A stretch of 64,000 bases of DNA from an uncultured Holophagales bacterium (GCA_963842525.1 CAWJGT010000007.1:1-64000); one strand, 5' to 3'; counted from the first letter of the stretch, positions 19,105 through 30,297 are shown. A program made the numbers and translations. The notes: generated by a model not told the origin, from the letters alone.

Positions 19105-21009
19105 TCATTTTTCGGAGCCGGTGAGCTCGCGGCAGGTTTCATACTCAGCCTTGGAGAGTCGGCGGTCCTTCTCGTTCAGCTTAAGCGCCTCGTGCGCCAG
19201 GTCGGCGGCACGCTTCATGTCCCCACGCTTGGAGGCTTCGACAGCCTGGGCACAGTAGGATGAAGAATCGGCTCTGCCGCGACCCTTCCCACTGGTGAGC
19301 TTCCGGCAGGTGTCATACTCGGATTCCGACAAGCGGCGGTCCTGCTGGTGCAAGTCGAGCGCCTTGCGCGCCAGGTCGGCGGCGCCCTTTGGGTCCCCGC
19401 GCCTGGCGGCTTCGACAGCCTGGGCACAGTAGGATGAGGAATCGTTCTCAGCCCCACCCGTCCCGGCGGCGAGCTTCCGGCAGGTGTCATGCTCGGATTC
19501 CGACAAGCGACCATCCTGCTGGTGCAAGTCGAGCGCCTTGCGCGCCAGGTCGGCGGCGCCTTTTACGTCCCCGCGTCTGGCGGCTTCGACAGCCTGGGCA
19601 CAGTAGGATGAGGAATCGTTCTCAGCCCCACCCGTCCCGGCGGCGAGCTTCCGGCAGGTGTCATGCTCGGATTCCGACAAGCGACCATCCTGCTGGTGCA
19701 AGTCGAGCGCCTTGCGCGCCAGGTCGGCGGCGCCTTTTACGTCCCCGCGCCTGGCGGCTTCGACAGCCTGGGCACAGTAGGATGAGGAAACGTTCTCAGC
19801 CCCACCCGTCCCGGCGGCGAGCTTCCGGCAAGTGTCATGCTCGGATTCCGACAAGCGGCCATCCTGCCGGTGCAAGTCGAGCGCCTTCCGCGCCAGATCG
19901 GCGGCGCCCTTGATGTCTCCGCGCCTGGCGGCTTCGACAGCCTGGGCACAGTAGGATGAGGAAACGTTCTCAGCCCCACCCGTCCCGGCGGCGAGCTTCC
20001 GGCAAGTGTCATGCTCGGATTCCGACAAGCGGCCATCCTGCTGGTGCAAGTCGAGCGCCTTGCGCGCCAGGTCGGCGGCGCCTTTTACGTCCCCACGCCT
20101 GGCGGCTTCGACAGCCTGGGCACAGTAGGATGAGGAAACGTTCTCAGCCCCACCCGTCCCAGCGGCGAGCTTCCGGCAGGAGTCATACTCGGATTCCGAC
20201 AAGCGGCGGTCCTGCTGGTGCAAGTCGAGCGCCTTCTGCGCCAGGTCGGCAGCCTCCAGCCGGCTTCCGCGCTGGAAGGTTTCGATGGCGAGCGTGCAGT
20301 AGTACTTCGAGTCGTAGACAGCCGGCTCCGGGGCTGGTGGCGGGGATTGCCGCTCCTCCAAGGGTTCTTCGAGGGGAGCCAGCACCTGAAGGGCTTCCCG
20401 GCGGATCTCCGTCGCCTCTTGCGAGTCCAGTTGATCACGTTGCGGCGGAGCTGATCCTGGGATCGAGATCTGGTCGAGGGATTCGAGCAAGATCGGTTCC
20501 CAGAGTCCCCTTCGGGAGGTCACAAGGAGCTGCCCTTCCACCACTTTGTAGGTCACTTCGTCCCCTCGCACCTCGATCTTGTACAGCGTCCCTTTCGGCG
20601 TCTGGAGGGTCCACTCGGTCTCTACTTTCAACGCCTTGCGAATGCGCCCGATCCCTTTGACGATCGCACCTCCGATGCGCACGAAGATACTCGGATTGCG
20701 GATCTCGATCTCGCTTTCCGGCTCGAGGATCACTTTCCACCTGCCCCTCGCAAACGTGATCACAGCCCTGGTACCGGACGCCGTGATAATCCGGTCGCCC
20801 TTCTTCAGCCCCATTCCGAGCCGGGTGCTTGTTGGGCGCCCATCGCGCTCGATCCGCACGAGTTGGTTTTCCGGGGCTGCGGCGAGCCGATCATCTGTGA
20901 TGACCCCTTGCAGCCTGCCCGTGACGCATCCCATGCTGGTAAACGCGAGAGCCACCACGAGGAGCCGTGCGGCAGATGGGAGACAGAACCTGATTTGAAG
21001 TTGCCTCAT
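19105..21009 (-). CDS. FecR-domain putative lipoprotein with seven 58-aa tandem two-Cys helical repeats
   Basis: Signal ending TSMGC; LKKGDRIIT..GTRAVI.F, LEPESEI, KGTLY.IEV, VVEG.L.V FecR-like motifs; repeat YCAQAVEAARRGD..GAADLARKALDLHQQD.RLSESE.DTCRKL. Confidence 0.75.
   Translation of the reverse strand: MRQLQIRFCLPSAARLLVVALAFTSMGCVTGRLQGVITDDRLAAAPENQLVRIERDGRPTSTRLGMGLKKGDRIITASGTRAVITFARGRWKVILEPESEIEIRNPSIFVRIGGAIVKGIGRIRKALKVETEWTLQTPKGTLYKIEVRGDEVTYKVVEGQLLVTSRRGLWEPILLESLDQISIPGSAPPQRDQLDSQEATEIRREALQVLAPLEEPLEERQSPPPAPEPAVYDSKYYCTLAIETFQRGSRLEAADLAQKALDLHQQDRRLSESEYDSCRKLAAGTGGAENVSSSYCAQAVEAARRGDVKGAADLARKALDLHQQDGRLSESEHDTCRKLAAGTGGAENVSSSYCAQAVEAARRGDIKGAADLARKALDLHRQDGRLSESEHDTCRKLAAGTGGAENVSSSYCAQAVEAARRGDVKGAADLARKALDLHQQDGRLSESEHDTCRKLAAGTGGAENDSSSYCAQAVEAARRGDVKGAADLARKALDLHQQDGRLSESEHDTCRKLAAGTGGAENDSSSYCAQAVEAARRGDPKGAADLARKALDLHQQDRRLSESEYDTCRKLTSGKGRGRADSSSYCAQAVEASKRGDMKRAADLAHEALKLNEKDRRLSKAEYETCRELTGSEK
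19125..20310 (-). repeat. 174-bp coding tandem repeat, 7 units
   Basis: Marker CACAGTAGGA at 19251, 19425, 19599, 19773, 19947, 20121, and a divergent unit near 20295. Confidence 0.95.
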
Positions 21010-23396
21010 GGCCAGAACCGCCTTTGAAGTCGCCCAACGCCTAGGTAGGTCAGCAGGAATGCTCCGAGATGGAACACTGTGTTCAACAGGAGCTGTGACG
21101 TGACATACAGGATAACAGCGCCCGCGAGATACATCAACACGAATCCTGCGAGCGCACTCTGCCGCAGGAGAGGGTCAGGGTTTCGATATCGAAGGTACGC
21201 GCCCGCCATGGCCATGAGGAGGGTTAGAACGAACTGCCAGGGTCCAGAGGCCGGCCGAATGGTGATCCCCGACAAAAGGGTATTGATGGCATCCGCTTGA
21301 AGCTCCATGCTGTATCGGCGCTCGGGAATGAGACCGCGGAGGACGAAACGTTGCCAGCGCGCTGTTTGCTCGCCGACGACCACGATCTTTCCGCGCACCA
21401 ACGCAGCGGTTGCCTCTGTGAGGGGAGCCGCGAGATCCTCGTACCAAAGTCTCTGTAGGCGCAGCGGCTTGGCGGAGCTCAGAGCGATGATGCGATGGTA
21501 TACTCTGTCGCCGGGGTTAATGGCCGGACAATTCGGTTGGTCGCTATGGGTCTCCTCGTCATCCGAGAAGCCGCCCAAGTCATGAATCCGGGAGGGCCTC
21601 GCTCGTTGGAACGCTAGGACGGCGGCCAAAGCTAGGGCCGGGACTCTGGGAGACAGCGTAGAATTCCCTTTCTGGGTCACGAGTGGGACGATTGGACTCG
21701 GGGCCAAACTTTGGCCTAGACAAGCCACCCCCCAGCTAGTGATGGCTGGCCTCAGTATCGGAGAGAGCCCCGGGGCCTCGCCCTCGAGGCGGCCCACCGC
21801 GACCACCACCGCGGTGTTGCGTGAAGCCGCGCGGTTCATCGCCGCTGCGAGCTCGTTGTCGGCTTGATCGTCAGGCTCGGAGAATTCCACATCGAAGACG
21901 ACGACAGTGGCGCCCGCTGCGGAAAGCCGGTCCAGAAGCACCGCATGGCGGCGCCTCCAACTTTTATCAATCGTTTGGCGTGTCGCGACCAGAGTGATCT
22001 GGTCACTGAATTCCTCCCTGGAGAAGCCGTTGCCCAGCCAGCTCGAGTACAACTGCAGCTGCAGCTCCCGATCGAGTTGACCGAGACCTTTAAATGAGGA
22101 GACGAAGAATAGGAAAAAGGCCATCGCCATCGCCAGGACCAGGGAGAGGTTGCGGAACCGGATCCGTGCACGGGAGCGCTTAAGCTCTGCAATCTCTACA
22201 TGCCGTTCTGCATCATCTTCCAGGAGGACCAAGTTGGCCTCGCGGGTCCTGTTCGCGGCCTCGACGCCGGCGAGCTGCCGCGGCGAGTAGGGTATGTCTT
22301 TAAGTGGCTTGCCAGTCAAGAGCTCGAACAGGACCCCTTCCGGCGCGCGGGTGAAGAGCACCGGGGTGGCGACTACGCCGTATTCGGGGAATTCCGCATT
22401 GAGCCGGTTGCGCGCATGGCTGATCGCCGGCTCCAACCGGCCTTGTTTCGGCCCCTTGAAGAGGCACATATAGAACTCGCGGGCGAAGCGGATGGCAGCC
22501 GTATCCAGGATCCGGAACTGCATGGCGATGACGGCGGGAATCCCGCACCTGACCAGCTCGGGGGCCAGCCCGAGCAACGGCTGGCTTAACGAGACCTCGG
22601 CCCCCTGGCACGAGTTGAGGACGATGAGCTTCATCGTCGGATGATTTCGGAAGAGGCTTCCGAATCTCTCATGGCCGACGAAGTCAAAGTCTTCCGCGGT
22701 CCGATTGAGAATCAGGAAGGGTTGCTCGGACTGGAAGCCGCCGTGGCCGATGAAATGGAGAATATGAAAGCGCTGCTCGAGAAGAGCGTCGCTCACGCGA
22801 TCGAGGGTCACGATGCCGTCGAGCCAGGTGAGCTCGATGAGCTTCTGCCGCTCGAGGTTGCCCACTGCCTCCTCCAGGAATTTGCGCTCAGCGGCGGTGT
22901 TGAGGTTCTTGACGGCGGGAATGACGACCAACATCCGCACCGGGAATGAGGTCTCCAGCGAGCGGATGGGCTGTGGTACTTCGAGGTACCGGACGATCGC
23001 GGTCGCCTCGTTCGTGGCCAGGAACTCCCGGTCCTGGCGGGAGTAGAGAAGCTCCCAGGGCAGATGGGCCATGGAAGGCGCCTCGATGCGGAGCCGGACC
23101 CGCAGGCCCTTATCGCGCTCTGCATTGCAGGCTCCCCGCGAGCGTTCGAAAAGTCTGCCGATGTCACGGTTTTCCGCGTCGAAAACGCCTGCGTAGAGCA
23201 GAGAGCCGAGCTTGACGAGCAGCTCCTTGCCGATCTTGTTGCTGCCCAGACGGGTTTCGAATTCGTGGAGCGGCCCGGACTCCGGATCCAGGGCCGTCCG
23301 GTCTTGGGCCTCCCCCTGCGCTGGGCAGGCAGCCCGCAGGGGATAATGGTCCCCCACCCGGTTGTCGATCCAGAGGTCGAAATCAAGGTAACGCAA
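21006..23396 (-). CDS. CHAT (caspase-like protease) - TM - CHASE2 - 3 TM membrane protein
   Basis: LPWELL, HILHFIGHG, VLNSCQG, AVIAMQF, AIRFAREFY (CHAT with His/Cys dyad); then HAVLLDRL..AGA.VVVFDVEFS and GKIVVVG...ELQADAINTLL (CHASE2). TTG start at 23396 after a GAGGT RBS. Confidence 0.85.
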   Translation of the reverse strand: MRYLDFDLWIDNRVGDHYPLRAACPAQGEAQDRTALDPESGPLHEFETRLGSNKIGKELLVKLGSLLYAGVFDAENRDIGRLFERSRGACNAERDKGLRVRLRIEAPSMAHLPWELLYSRQDREFLATNEATAIVRYLEVPQPIRSLETSFPVRMLVVIPAVKNLNTAAERKFLEEAVGNLERQKLIELTWLDGIVTLDRVSDALLEQRFHILHFIGHGGFQSEQPFLILNRTAEDFDFVGHERFGSLFRNHPTMKLIVLNSCQGAEVSLSQPLLGLAPELVRCGIPAVIAMQFRILDTAAIRFAREFYMCLFKGPKQGRLEPAISHARNRLNAEFPEYGVVATPVLFTRAPEGVLFELLTGKPLKDIPYSPRQLAGVEAANRTREANLVLLEDDAERHVEIAELKRSRARIRFRNLSLVLAMAMAFFLFFVSSFKGLGQLDRELQLQLYSSWLGNGFSREEFSDQITLVATRQTIDKSWRRRHAVLLDRLSAAGATVVVFDVEFSEPDDQADNELAAAMNRAASRNTAVVVAVGRLEGEAPGLSPILRPAITSWGVACLGQSLAPSPIVPLVTQKGNSTLSPRVPALALAAVLAFQRARPSRIHDLGGFSDDEETHSDQPNCPAINPGDRVYHRIIALSSAKPLRLQRLWYEDLAAPLTEATAALVRGKIVVVGEQTARWQRFVLRGLIPERRYSMELQADAINTLLSGITIRPASGPWQFVLTLLMAMAGAYLRYRNPDPLLRQSALAGFVLMYLAGAVILYVTSQLLLNTVFHLGAFLLTYLGVGRLQRRFWP

Positions 23397-23481
23397 GGCG
23401 TACCTCAAATCTGTCCATGCGCGCTGCCGCCGTTTCGGCTTGTCAGGGCGCCAGTAAAGCCTGAGTAACGAAGAGTATAAA

Positions 23482-23522
23482 CTATCTCGGCCGCGCCACA
23501 ACCCCTTTCAGACGGTCCCAAC
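23482..23522 (-). pseudogene. remnant of a DoxX gene 3' end
   Basis: Reads WDRLKGVVARPR-stop; the intact DoxX gene at 24298 ends [17 protein letters not shown]. Confidence 0.6.
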
Positions 23523-24240
23523 CGGCCGCGAGGTCGGCCCCAAGGCCCTCTGGGTCACCGGCGGCGTGCTGCTGCTCGTCCTCGCCCTGGTGCTGATCCT
23601 CTACAAGGAGCTTGCGCTCTCGACCTTTGACGCGGGGCTCGCCGCCACGCTCGGCTTCTCGCCGGTCCTCCTCCATTACCTGCTGATGAGCGCCGTCTCG
23701 GTCACGGTGGTGGGCTCCTTCGAGTCGGTCGGGGCGATCCTGGTGGCGGCGATGCTGATCGTGCCGCCGGCCACCGCCTATCTGCTGACCGAGCGCCTCG
23801 ACCGGATGCTCATCCTGGCGGTGCTCCTGGGCGTTGTCTCGGCTTGCGGTGGCTATGGCCTCGCCCGCTGGTGGGACGCCTCGATCGCCGGCGCCATGGC
23901 CACCGTGGCAGGCATGCTCTTCTTCGGCGCGCTCCTCTTCTCGCCCGGGCACGGCCTGCTGGCCTGGCTGCTGATCCTGCGGCGGATGAGAGGCCGTCTC
24001 TCGGGGCAGCTCCTCCTCCTGCATCTCCAGAAAGGGGGATCGGTCGTGCCGGTGGCGACCCTGGAGCGGCGCTTCGGCTGGAGCCCGCTGCGCCTGCGCA
24101 GGGTCCTCTCCAGCCTCCTCCGCGCCGGCTGGATCGAAATGGAAGGCGACGGCCTTCGCCTGACCGCCAGCGGCGCCCAGGTGCTGGAGTCCACCGGCCG
24201 CGTCCAACTCGCGCACCCGTTGGGATCCGCAATAACTTGA
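23523..24240 (+). pseudogene. troD: 5'-truncated second copy of troD (direct repeat copy 2)
   Basis: Near-identical to 18238-18937; lacks the first ~135 codons and has a different C-terminus (HPLGSAIT). Confidence 0.88.
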
Positions 24241-24297
24241 AGAAGCCGGAGAACGCCCGAGCTCACTCTGGCGAATGATCGATCGCAGGATTACGAG

Positions 24298-24756
24298 TCA
24301 ATTCGGCGGTGCCGGCGACCTCGGTCCTACGATACCCTTCAGCCGGTCCCAGTCCCAGGCGAGAAGGAAGGTGGAGCCCAGGAGCATCAGGCCGGCGATG
24401 ACCGGCGTGCCTCGGAAGTGCATCGAGACGGTGATCAGAAAAATATTGAGAATGATCGGGAAGTAGAGGACCGCACCGAGCGTGGTCGTGCGCGGGATCA
24501 GCAGGAGGATCGCCGCCGCGAGCTGCGCCATGCCGAGGAACTGCCAGTAAAAACCCGTGCGATAGAGCGCCTCGAAGAAGAACCCCACAGGGTCGTCCAG
24601 GCCGAGCGAGGTGAATTGGTTCCCCAGGACCTTGGTCAGCCCGGACGGCAGGAAGCCGAGGGCCAGCAGGATCCGGGTAAGGATTGCGAGCCGCCCGAGC
24701 CAGCGGCTCCGGCGCGCCCTCGCGTGCAGCCGGTCGAGCCCATCGATCCACCCCAT
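24298..24756 (-). CDS. DoxX family membrane protein
   Basis: [41 protein letters not shown]. Confidence 0.8.
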   Translation of the reverse strand: MGWIDGLDRLHARARRSRWLGRLAILTRILLALGFLPSGLTKVLGNQFTSLGLDDPVGFFFEALYRTGFYWQFLGMAQLAAAILLLIPRTTTLGAVLYFPIILNIFLITVSMHFRGTPVIAGLMLLGSTFLLAWDWDRLKGIVGPRSPAPPN

Positions 24757-24915
24757 AGCAGCTAGAGAACGTTCCAGAGGAGGAATTTCTTTCGTCGTGA
24801 AGTAGCCGCGAACGGCTGCCGCATCGGCTGCCGCGAAGCGCGCCGTAGCGGCAGCAGAGTGTCCTGATTTGAGTTTCCAGACCGTAAATGGTATGCTCGA
24901 TCCCACCGGAGGACG

Positions 24916-25458
24916 ATGATTATGCCCAAGAGAGAGACCGAGGACCCCGTTCGCCAGGAGGTGGAACGCCTGATGGAGATGCTCCGCATCTTCGTCCGCA
25001 CGCTGGGGTATGGCAACACAGAGATCGCGCGGCGGTCCAAGATCCCGCACGCCAACGTCGGGAGGTACTTCCGAGGGGAGTCCCGGGTGCCGCTCGACTT
25101 CATCATCGCGGTCGTCCACGCGCTCGGGCTCGATTTCGGGGAGTTCTTCGAGCTGGCCTATGCCGAGCAGCCGGCGGAGCCCACCGACGCCCGGAAGAAG
25201 ATCGAGCGCATCCTGCAGATCCTCCCCTTGCGGCGGGCCGCGCCGGCCGAGCCGCCGCCCGACACCGCGCCGCCGGAGCAGGTGCCGTCGCTGCCGCGCC
25301 CGGAGATCGAGAAGATGCTCGAAGACCTCCGGAAGGAGGTGAACGCCCTGCTCGACGCCCGCCAAGCCGGTAAGGTCGTCACCACACCGCCCGCGCCGAA
25401 GACCACCCCCAAGCCCCCAAAGCCGAAATCCGGGAAGAAGCGCAACGACGAGAGCTGA
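24916..25458 (+). CDS. XRE-type HTH protein with Pro/Lys-rich tail
   Basis: GGAGG RBS; [38 protein letters not shown]. Confidence 0.7.
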   Translation: MIMPKRETEDPVRQEVERLMEMLRIFVRTLGYGNTEIARRSKIPHANVGRYFRGESRVPLDFIIAVVHALGLDFGEFFELAYAEQPAEPTDARKKIERILQILPLRRAAPAEPPPDTAPPEQVPSLPRPEIEKMLEDLRKEVNALLDARQAGKVVTTPPAPKTTPKPPKPKSGKKRNDES

Positions 25459-25699
25459 GCGGGGGGTAGATCGTGTCTGATCCGGCGTGACGGAGCGATC
25501 AGGGGCAGGGTTGAAGAATCGAGCCGGTCTCATCACCCCGGGGGCGTGCTCCGGCACGCTCCCGCTCATGCCGGCCGGCTCGCCGCCGCGGGGTTCGGCC
25601 TCGGCGTGCAAACCCCGGACGGTTCGCGCTAAACTCCCCCGGGCCAGAGCGGGGCTCACGCCTCGTGCCCCTTTTGCAGAAAAATTGTAGCGAGACCTC

Positions 25700-26608
25700 A
25701 TGAACGAAGCACCAGCGCCTACGCAAGCCGTCGAGACCGTCCCGATGTCGGTCCGGCTCTCCGATCTTTCCGAGATGACGAAGCCGGGCATCACCCTGAT
25801 GGTGGTGTTGACGGCCGGTCTCGGCTTCCTGCTGGCCGGGGGCGAGACCTTCTCGTTCCTCCTGCTGGTCCATACCCTGCTCGGCACCGGCCTCGTCTCC
25901 GGCGGCGCCTCGGTGCTCAACCACGTCATGGAGCGCGAGGTCGACGCCCTGATGCGCCGAACCGCCAACCGGCCGCTGCCGGCCGGCCGCATGGACCCGG
26001 ACGCGGCCCTCCTCTTCGGGGTGCTCCTCGCGATCGCCGGCCTGCTGGAGCTCGCGCTGGCGGTCAACCTGTTGACGGCCTTCCTGGGCGCCGTGGCCCT
26101 CGCCGGCTATGCCTTCGTCTACACGCCGCTCAAGCGGGTCACGTCGCTTTCGACCGTCATCGGCGCGGTGCCGGGGGCGATCCCGCCCATGATGGGCTGG
26201 AGCGCGGTGCGCGGCGAGCTCGATCTGGCCGCCTGGGTGCTCTTCGGCATCCTTTTCTTCTGGCAGATGCCGCACTTCCTGGCCATCGCCTGGCTCTGCC
26301 GCGAGGACTATGCCCGCGGCGGCTTCCCCATGCTCACCGTGCAGGACCCGGACGGCTTGCGGACAGCGCGCCAGACGATCCTCTGGGGCGCGGCGCTGAT
26401 CCCCGTGAGCCTGCTCCCCGCGGCGCTCGGCCTGATGGGCAGCCTCTACTTCGTGGGCGCCCTGGTCCTCGGCCTCGTCTACCTGGCCTTCTGCTTCGGC
26501 TTCGCGCGCCACCGCTCGACGCCCGCGGCACGCTGGCTGATGCTGATCTCGATCCTCTACTTCCCCGCGGTCCTCCTGGTCATGCTGCTCGACCGCGTCG
26601 TCTCGTGA
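25700..26608 (+). CDS. ctaB: heme o synthase (protoheme IX farnesyltransferase)
   Basis: [46 protein letters not shown]. Confidence 0.95.
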   Translation: MNEAPAPTQAVETVPMSVRLSDLSEMTKPGITLMVVLTAGLGFLLAGGETFSFLLLVHTLLGTGLVSGGASVLNHVMEREVDALMRRTANRPLPAGRMDPDAALLFGVLLAIAGLLELALAVNLLTAFLGAVALAGYAFVYTPLKRVTSLSTVIGAVPGAIPPMMGWSAVRGELDLAAWVLFGILFFWQMPHFLAIAWLCREDYARGGFPMLTVQDPDGLRTARQTILWGAALIPVSLLPAALGLMGSLYFVGALVLGLVYLAFCFGFARHRSTPAARWLMLISILYFPAVLLVMLLDRVVS

Positions 26609-27249
26609 CCGCCCCGCCCGACCCGCGGGGGACGGATCGAGTGAGCCTGCGCCGCGGCCTGATCTGGGGCCTGCTGGTGGCGGTCCTCGTCGCCGTGGCG
26701 GGAGCGGCTCTCTGGCAGCGCCTGGATGGCCTCAGACGGCCCGACCTCCCCGTCCTGGGGTCCGTTCCGGACTTCGCGCTGACCAACCGGGACGGCAGCA
26801 CCGTCCAGCGTGCCGACCTGGCCGGCCGGCCATGGATCGCCGACTTCATCTTCACCCGCTGCCCCGCCTCCTGCCCGATGATGTCGCGGCGGATGGCGCG
26901 CCTGATCCGCGACCTGCCGCCGGACCTGCCCGTCCGCTTCGTCTCCTTCACCGTCGATCCGGAGCACGACCGGCCGGAGGTCCTCCAGCGCTACGCCGTG
27001 TCCTTCTCGGCGCCCGAGCGCTGGCTGTTCCTGACCGGCGGGACGGAGGAGATGCACCGCCTCTCCCGCGAAGGCTTCAAGCTCGCGGTCGACGCCTCCG
27101 GCAATCCCGCCAATCCGGACGAGCCGATCCTCCACAGCACCCGCTTCGTGCTGGTTGACGGAGAAGGCCGGATCCGCGGCTACTATGAGGCTTTCGACGA
27201 GGAGTCGACGCAGAAGCTGGCGCGGGACCTGATAGCCTTGCGGCCTTGA
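26605..27249 (+). CDS. SCO family copper chaperone
   Basis: FIFTRCPASCP (CxxxC), TVDPEHD, HSTRFVLVD. Confidence 0.92.
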   Translation: MTAPPDPRGTDRVSLRRGLIWGLLVAVLVAVAGAALWQRLDGLRRPDLPVLGSVPDFALTNRDGSTVQRADLAGRPWIADFIFTRCPASCPMMSRRMARLIRDLPPDLPVRFVSFTVDPEHDRPEVLQRYAVSFSAPERWLFLTGGTEEMHRLSREGFKLAVDASGNPANPDEPILHSTRFVLVDGEGRIRGYYEAFDEESTQKLARDLIALRP

Positions 27250-27391
27250 AAGACCCTGTCGTAGACTCAGGCGTCTTCGAGAAAGCCGTAGTCAGTATGA
27301 AGTCTTCAATGCAGAGAGTGCTGGGCAGGACAGCCCGGCGGGTCCCTCTGAAAGGGGATCGAGCGCAGCGGTTCGCTACGGAGGAAGGTAG

Positions 27392-29158
27392 ATGGCACTA
27401 GTCGACGATCACGCCCACCCTGCTGGGCACGCTGAGGCCCATGGCCACGAGCTGGGGTTCTGGAAGAAGTACGTCTTCTCCCAGGACCACAAGGTCATCG
27501 GCATCCAGTACGGTTTCACCGCCCTCCTGTTCCTCTTTTTCGGCTTCAGCCTCATGGCCATGATGCGGTGGGCGATCGCCTATCCGGGCAAGGCGATCCC
27601 GATCGTCGGGTTCCTCTTCAAGGAGACCGGCGGGGTGATGGCGCCCGAGTTCTACAACCAGCTCGGGGCGATGCACGGCACGATCATGGTCTTCCTCGGC
27701 ATCGTGCCGCTGGCCGTGGGCGCCTTCGGCAACTATCTGGTGCCGCTCCAGATCGGGGCGCCAGACATGGCGTTCCCCAAGCTCAACATGGCCAGCTACT
27801 GGAGCTACTTCGTCGGCGGCGTGCTGATGATCGTCAGCTTCTTCGTGCCGGGCGGCGCCGCCCAGTCCGGGTGGACCTCGTATCCGCCGCTGGCCGACAT
27901 CGCGCCCACGGGACAGACGATGTGGCTGCTGGGCATGTTCGCCCTGATCGTCTCGTCGCTCCTGGGCTCGGCCAACTTCCTGGTCACGATCATCCAGCTC
28001 CGCGCCCCGGGCCTGACCTGGATGCGCCTGCCGTTCTTCGTCTGGGCGCAGTTCGTGACCTCGTTCCTGCTGCTGCTGGCCTTCCCGCCGCTGCAGGCCG
28101 CGGCCGTCCTCCAGCTCATGGACCGCCTCGCCGGCACCAGCTTCTTCCTGCCCAGCGGCCTGGTGATCTCGGGCCAGCAGCTCGCGGTCTCCGGCGGCGG
28201 CAGCCCGCTGCTCTGGCAGCACCTGTTCTGGTTCCTCGCCCATCCGGAAGTCTACGTGCTGATCCTGCCGGCCTTCGGGATCATCGGCGAGGTGATCGCC
28301 AACAACACCCGCAAGCCGCTCTGGGGCTACCGGTCGCTGGTCTGGGCCGTCACCTTCCTCGGCTTCATGTCGTTCATCGTGTGGGCGCACCACATGTTCA
28401 TGACCGGCATGGGCACGGCGATGAGCACCTTCTTCCAGACCACGACGCTGATCATCTCGATCCCGTCGGTCATCGTCCTGACGGCATTCATCATCTCGCT
28501 GTGGGGGGCCTCGATCCGCTTTACGGTACCGATGCTCTTCGCGCTGGCCTTCCTGCCGATGTTCGCCATCGGCGGCCTGACCGGCCTGCCGCTCGGCCTC
28601 GCGCCGGCCGACATCCACCTGCACGACACCTACTACGTGATCGGCCACTTCCACTACGTGGTGGCGCCGGGGACCATCTTCGCCATGTTTGCCGGCATCT
28701 ACTACTGGTTCCCCAAGATCACCGGCCGCAAGATGAACGACCTGCTGGGCAAGCTCCACTTCTGGCCGTCGTTCATCTTCATCAACGGCGTTTTCGGCCC
28801 GATGTTCATCCAGGGCCTGGCCGGCGTGTCGCGCCGGCTCTACGACGGCGGCCACACCTACTCTCACGCCCAGGGCGTGCTCGAGTGGAACGAGTTCATG
28901 TCGGTCTCGGCCTGGCTGCTGGGGATCGCCCAGATCCCATTCATCGTCAACTTCTTCTGGAGCATCTTCAAGGGTAAGAAGGTCGGCGACAACTATTGGG
29001 AGGCGACGACGCTCGAGTGGTCGGCGACCACCTCGCCGCCGCTCGCCCACGGCAACTTCGTCGAGGTCCCGACCGTCGTGCGCGGTCCCTACGACTACAG
29101 CCTCCCGGGGGCGCCCCGGGACTTCGTTCCCCAGCATCACGAGCTCCAGGAGGCCTAG
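27392..29158 (+). CDS. ctaD: heme-copper oxidase subunit I (A-type)
   Basis: DHKVIG, MHGTIMVF, WFLAHPEVY, VWAHHMF, LHDTYYVIGHFHYV. Confidence 0.96.
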   Translation: MALVDDHAHPAGHAEAHGHELGFWKKYVFSQDHKVIGIQYGFTALLFLFFGFSLMAMMRWAIAYPGKAIPIVGFLFKETGGVMAPEFYNQLGAMHGTIMVFLGIVPLAVGAFGNYLVPLQIGAPDMAFPKLNMASYWSYFVGGVLMIVSFFVPGGAAQSGWTSYPPLADIAPTGQTMWLLGMFALIVSSLLGSANFLVTIIQLRAPGLTWMRLPFFVWAQFVTSFLLLLAFPPLQAAAVLQLMDRLAGTSFFLPSGLVISGQQLAVSGGGSPLLWQHLFWFLAHPEVYVLILPAFGIIGEVIANNTRKPLWGYRSLVWAVTFLGFMSFIVWAHHMFMTGMGTAMSTFFQTTTLIISIPSVIVLTAFIISLWGASIRFTVPMLFALAFLPMFAIGGLTGLPLGLAPADIHLHDTYYVIGHFHYVVAPGTIFAMFAGIYYWFPKITGRKMNDLLGKLHFWPSFIFINGVFGPMFIQGLAGVSRRLYDGGHTYSHAQGVLEWNEFMSVSAWLLGIAQIPFIVNFFWSIFKGKKVGDNYWEATTLEWSATTSPPLAHGNFVEVPTVVRGPYDYSLPGAPRDFVPQHHELQEA

Positions 29159-29161
29159 GCG

Positions 29162-29755
<594 letters not shown>

Positions 29756-29767
29756 GAGGGTGGTGAT

Positions 29768-30073
29768 ATGGAGCACGAGCACGACGCCGAGGCGATCCGC
29801 AAAGAGACGAAGACGTACATCAGCGTTTTCGTCGCCCTGGCGATCCTGACGGTCCTCACCGTCGGGGTCAGCTACTTCCACATGCCCCCGGTGCTCGCCG
29901 TCGGAGTGGCCCTCCTGATCGCGCTCTTCAAGGGCTCGCTCGTCGCAGGGTTCTTCATGCACCTCCTGCACGAGCGCAGGCTGATCTATTGGGTGCTGCT
30001 CCTGACCGTCCTCTTCTTCCTGGTCCTTCTCCTCTACCCGACCCTCTGGGATTTGAACCTGCGGAAGGTATGA
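29768..30073 (+). CDS. ctaF: cytochrome c oxidase subunit IV
   Basis: Y..VFVALAILT.LTV, KGSLVAGFFMHL. Confidence 0.88.
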   Translation: MEHEHDAEAIRKETKTYISVFVALAILTVLTVGVSYFHMPPVLAVGVALLIALFKGSLVAGFFMHLLHERRLIYWVLLLTVLFFLVLLLYPTLWDLNLRKV

Positions 30074-30285
30074 GCCTGTCGCTGCGGTCGTTCCACCTCT
30101 TTTTCATCGCCGCCTCGATCGTCCTGGCGGCCCTGGTCGGCGTGTGGGGCATCCAGGGCTGGATGGCGTCGCGGAACGGGGGCGACCTGGCGCTGGGCGT
30201 GTTCTTCCTGCTGGTAGGGATCGTGCTGGCGTTCTACGGTGTCCGGGTGCGCAAGAAGCTGCGCGCGCTCGATTCGGACGAGTGA
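30070..30285 (+). CDS. small 2-TM protein in the oxidase operon
   Basis: MSLSLRSFHLFFI...; ATG overlaps the ctaF stop. Confidence 0.7.
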   Translation: MSLSLRSFHLFFIAASIVLAALVGVWGIQGWMASRNGGDLALGVFFLLVGIVLAFYGVRVRKKLRALDSDE

Positions 30286-30297
30286 AGGAGGTCTGAA

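Noticed and set aside
19105-23500. Cargo as a transposon or prophage
   Set aside because: No transposase, integrase, terminal inverted repeats or phage genes.
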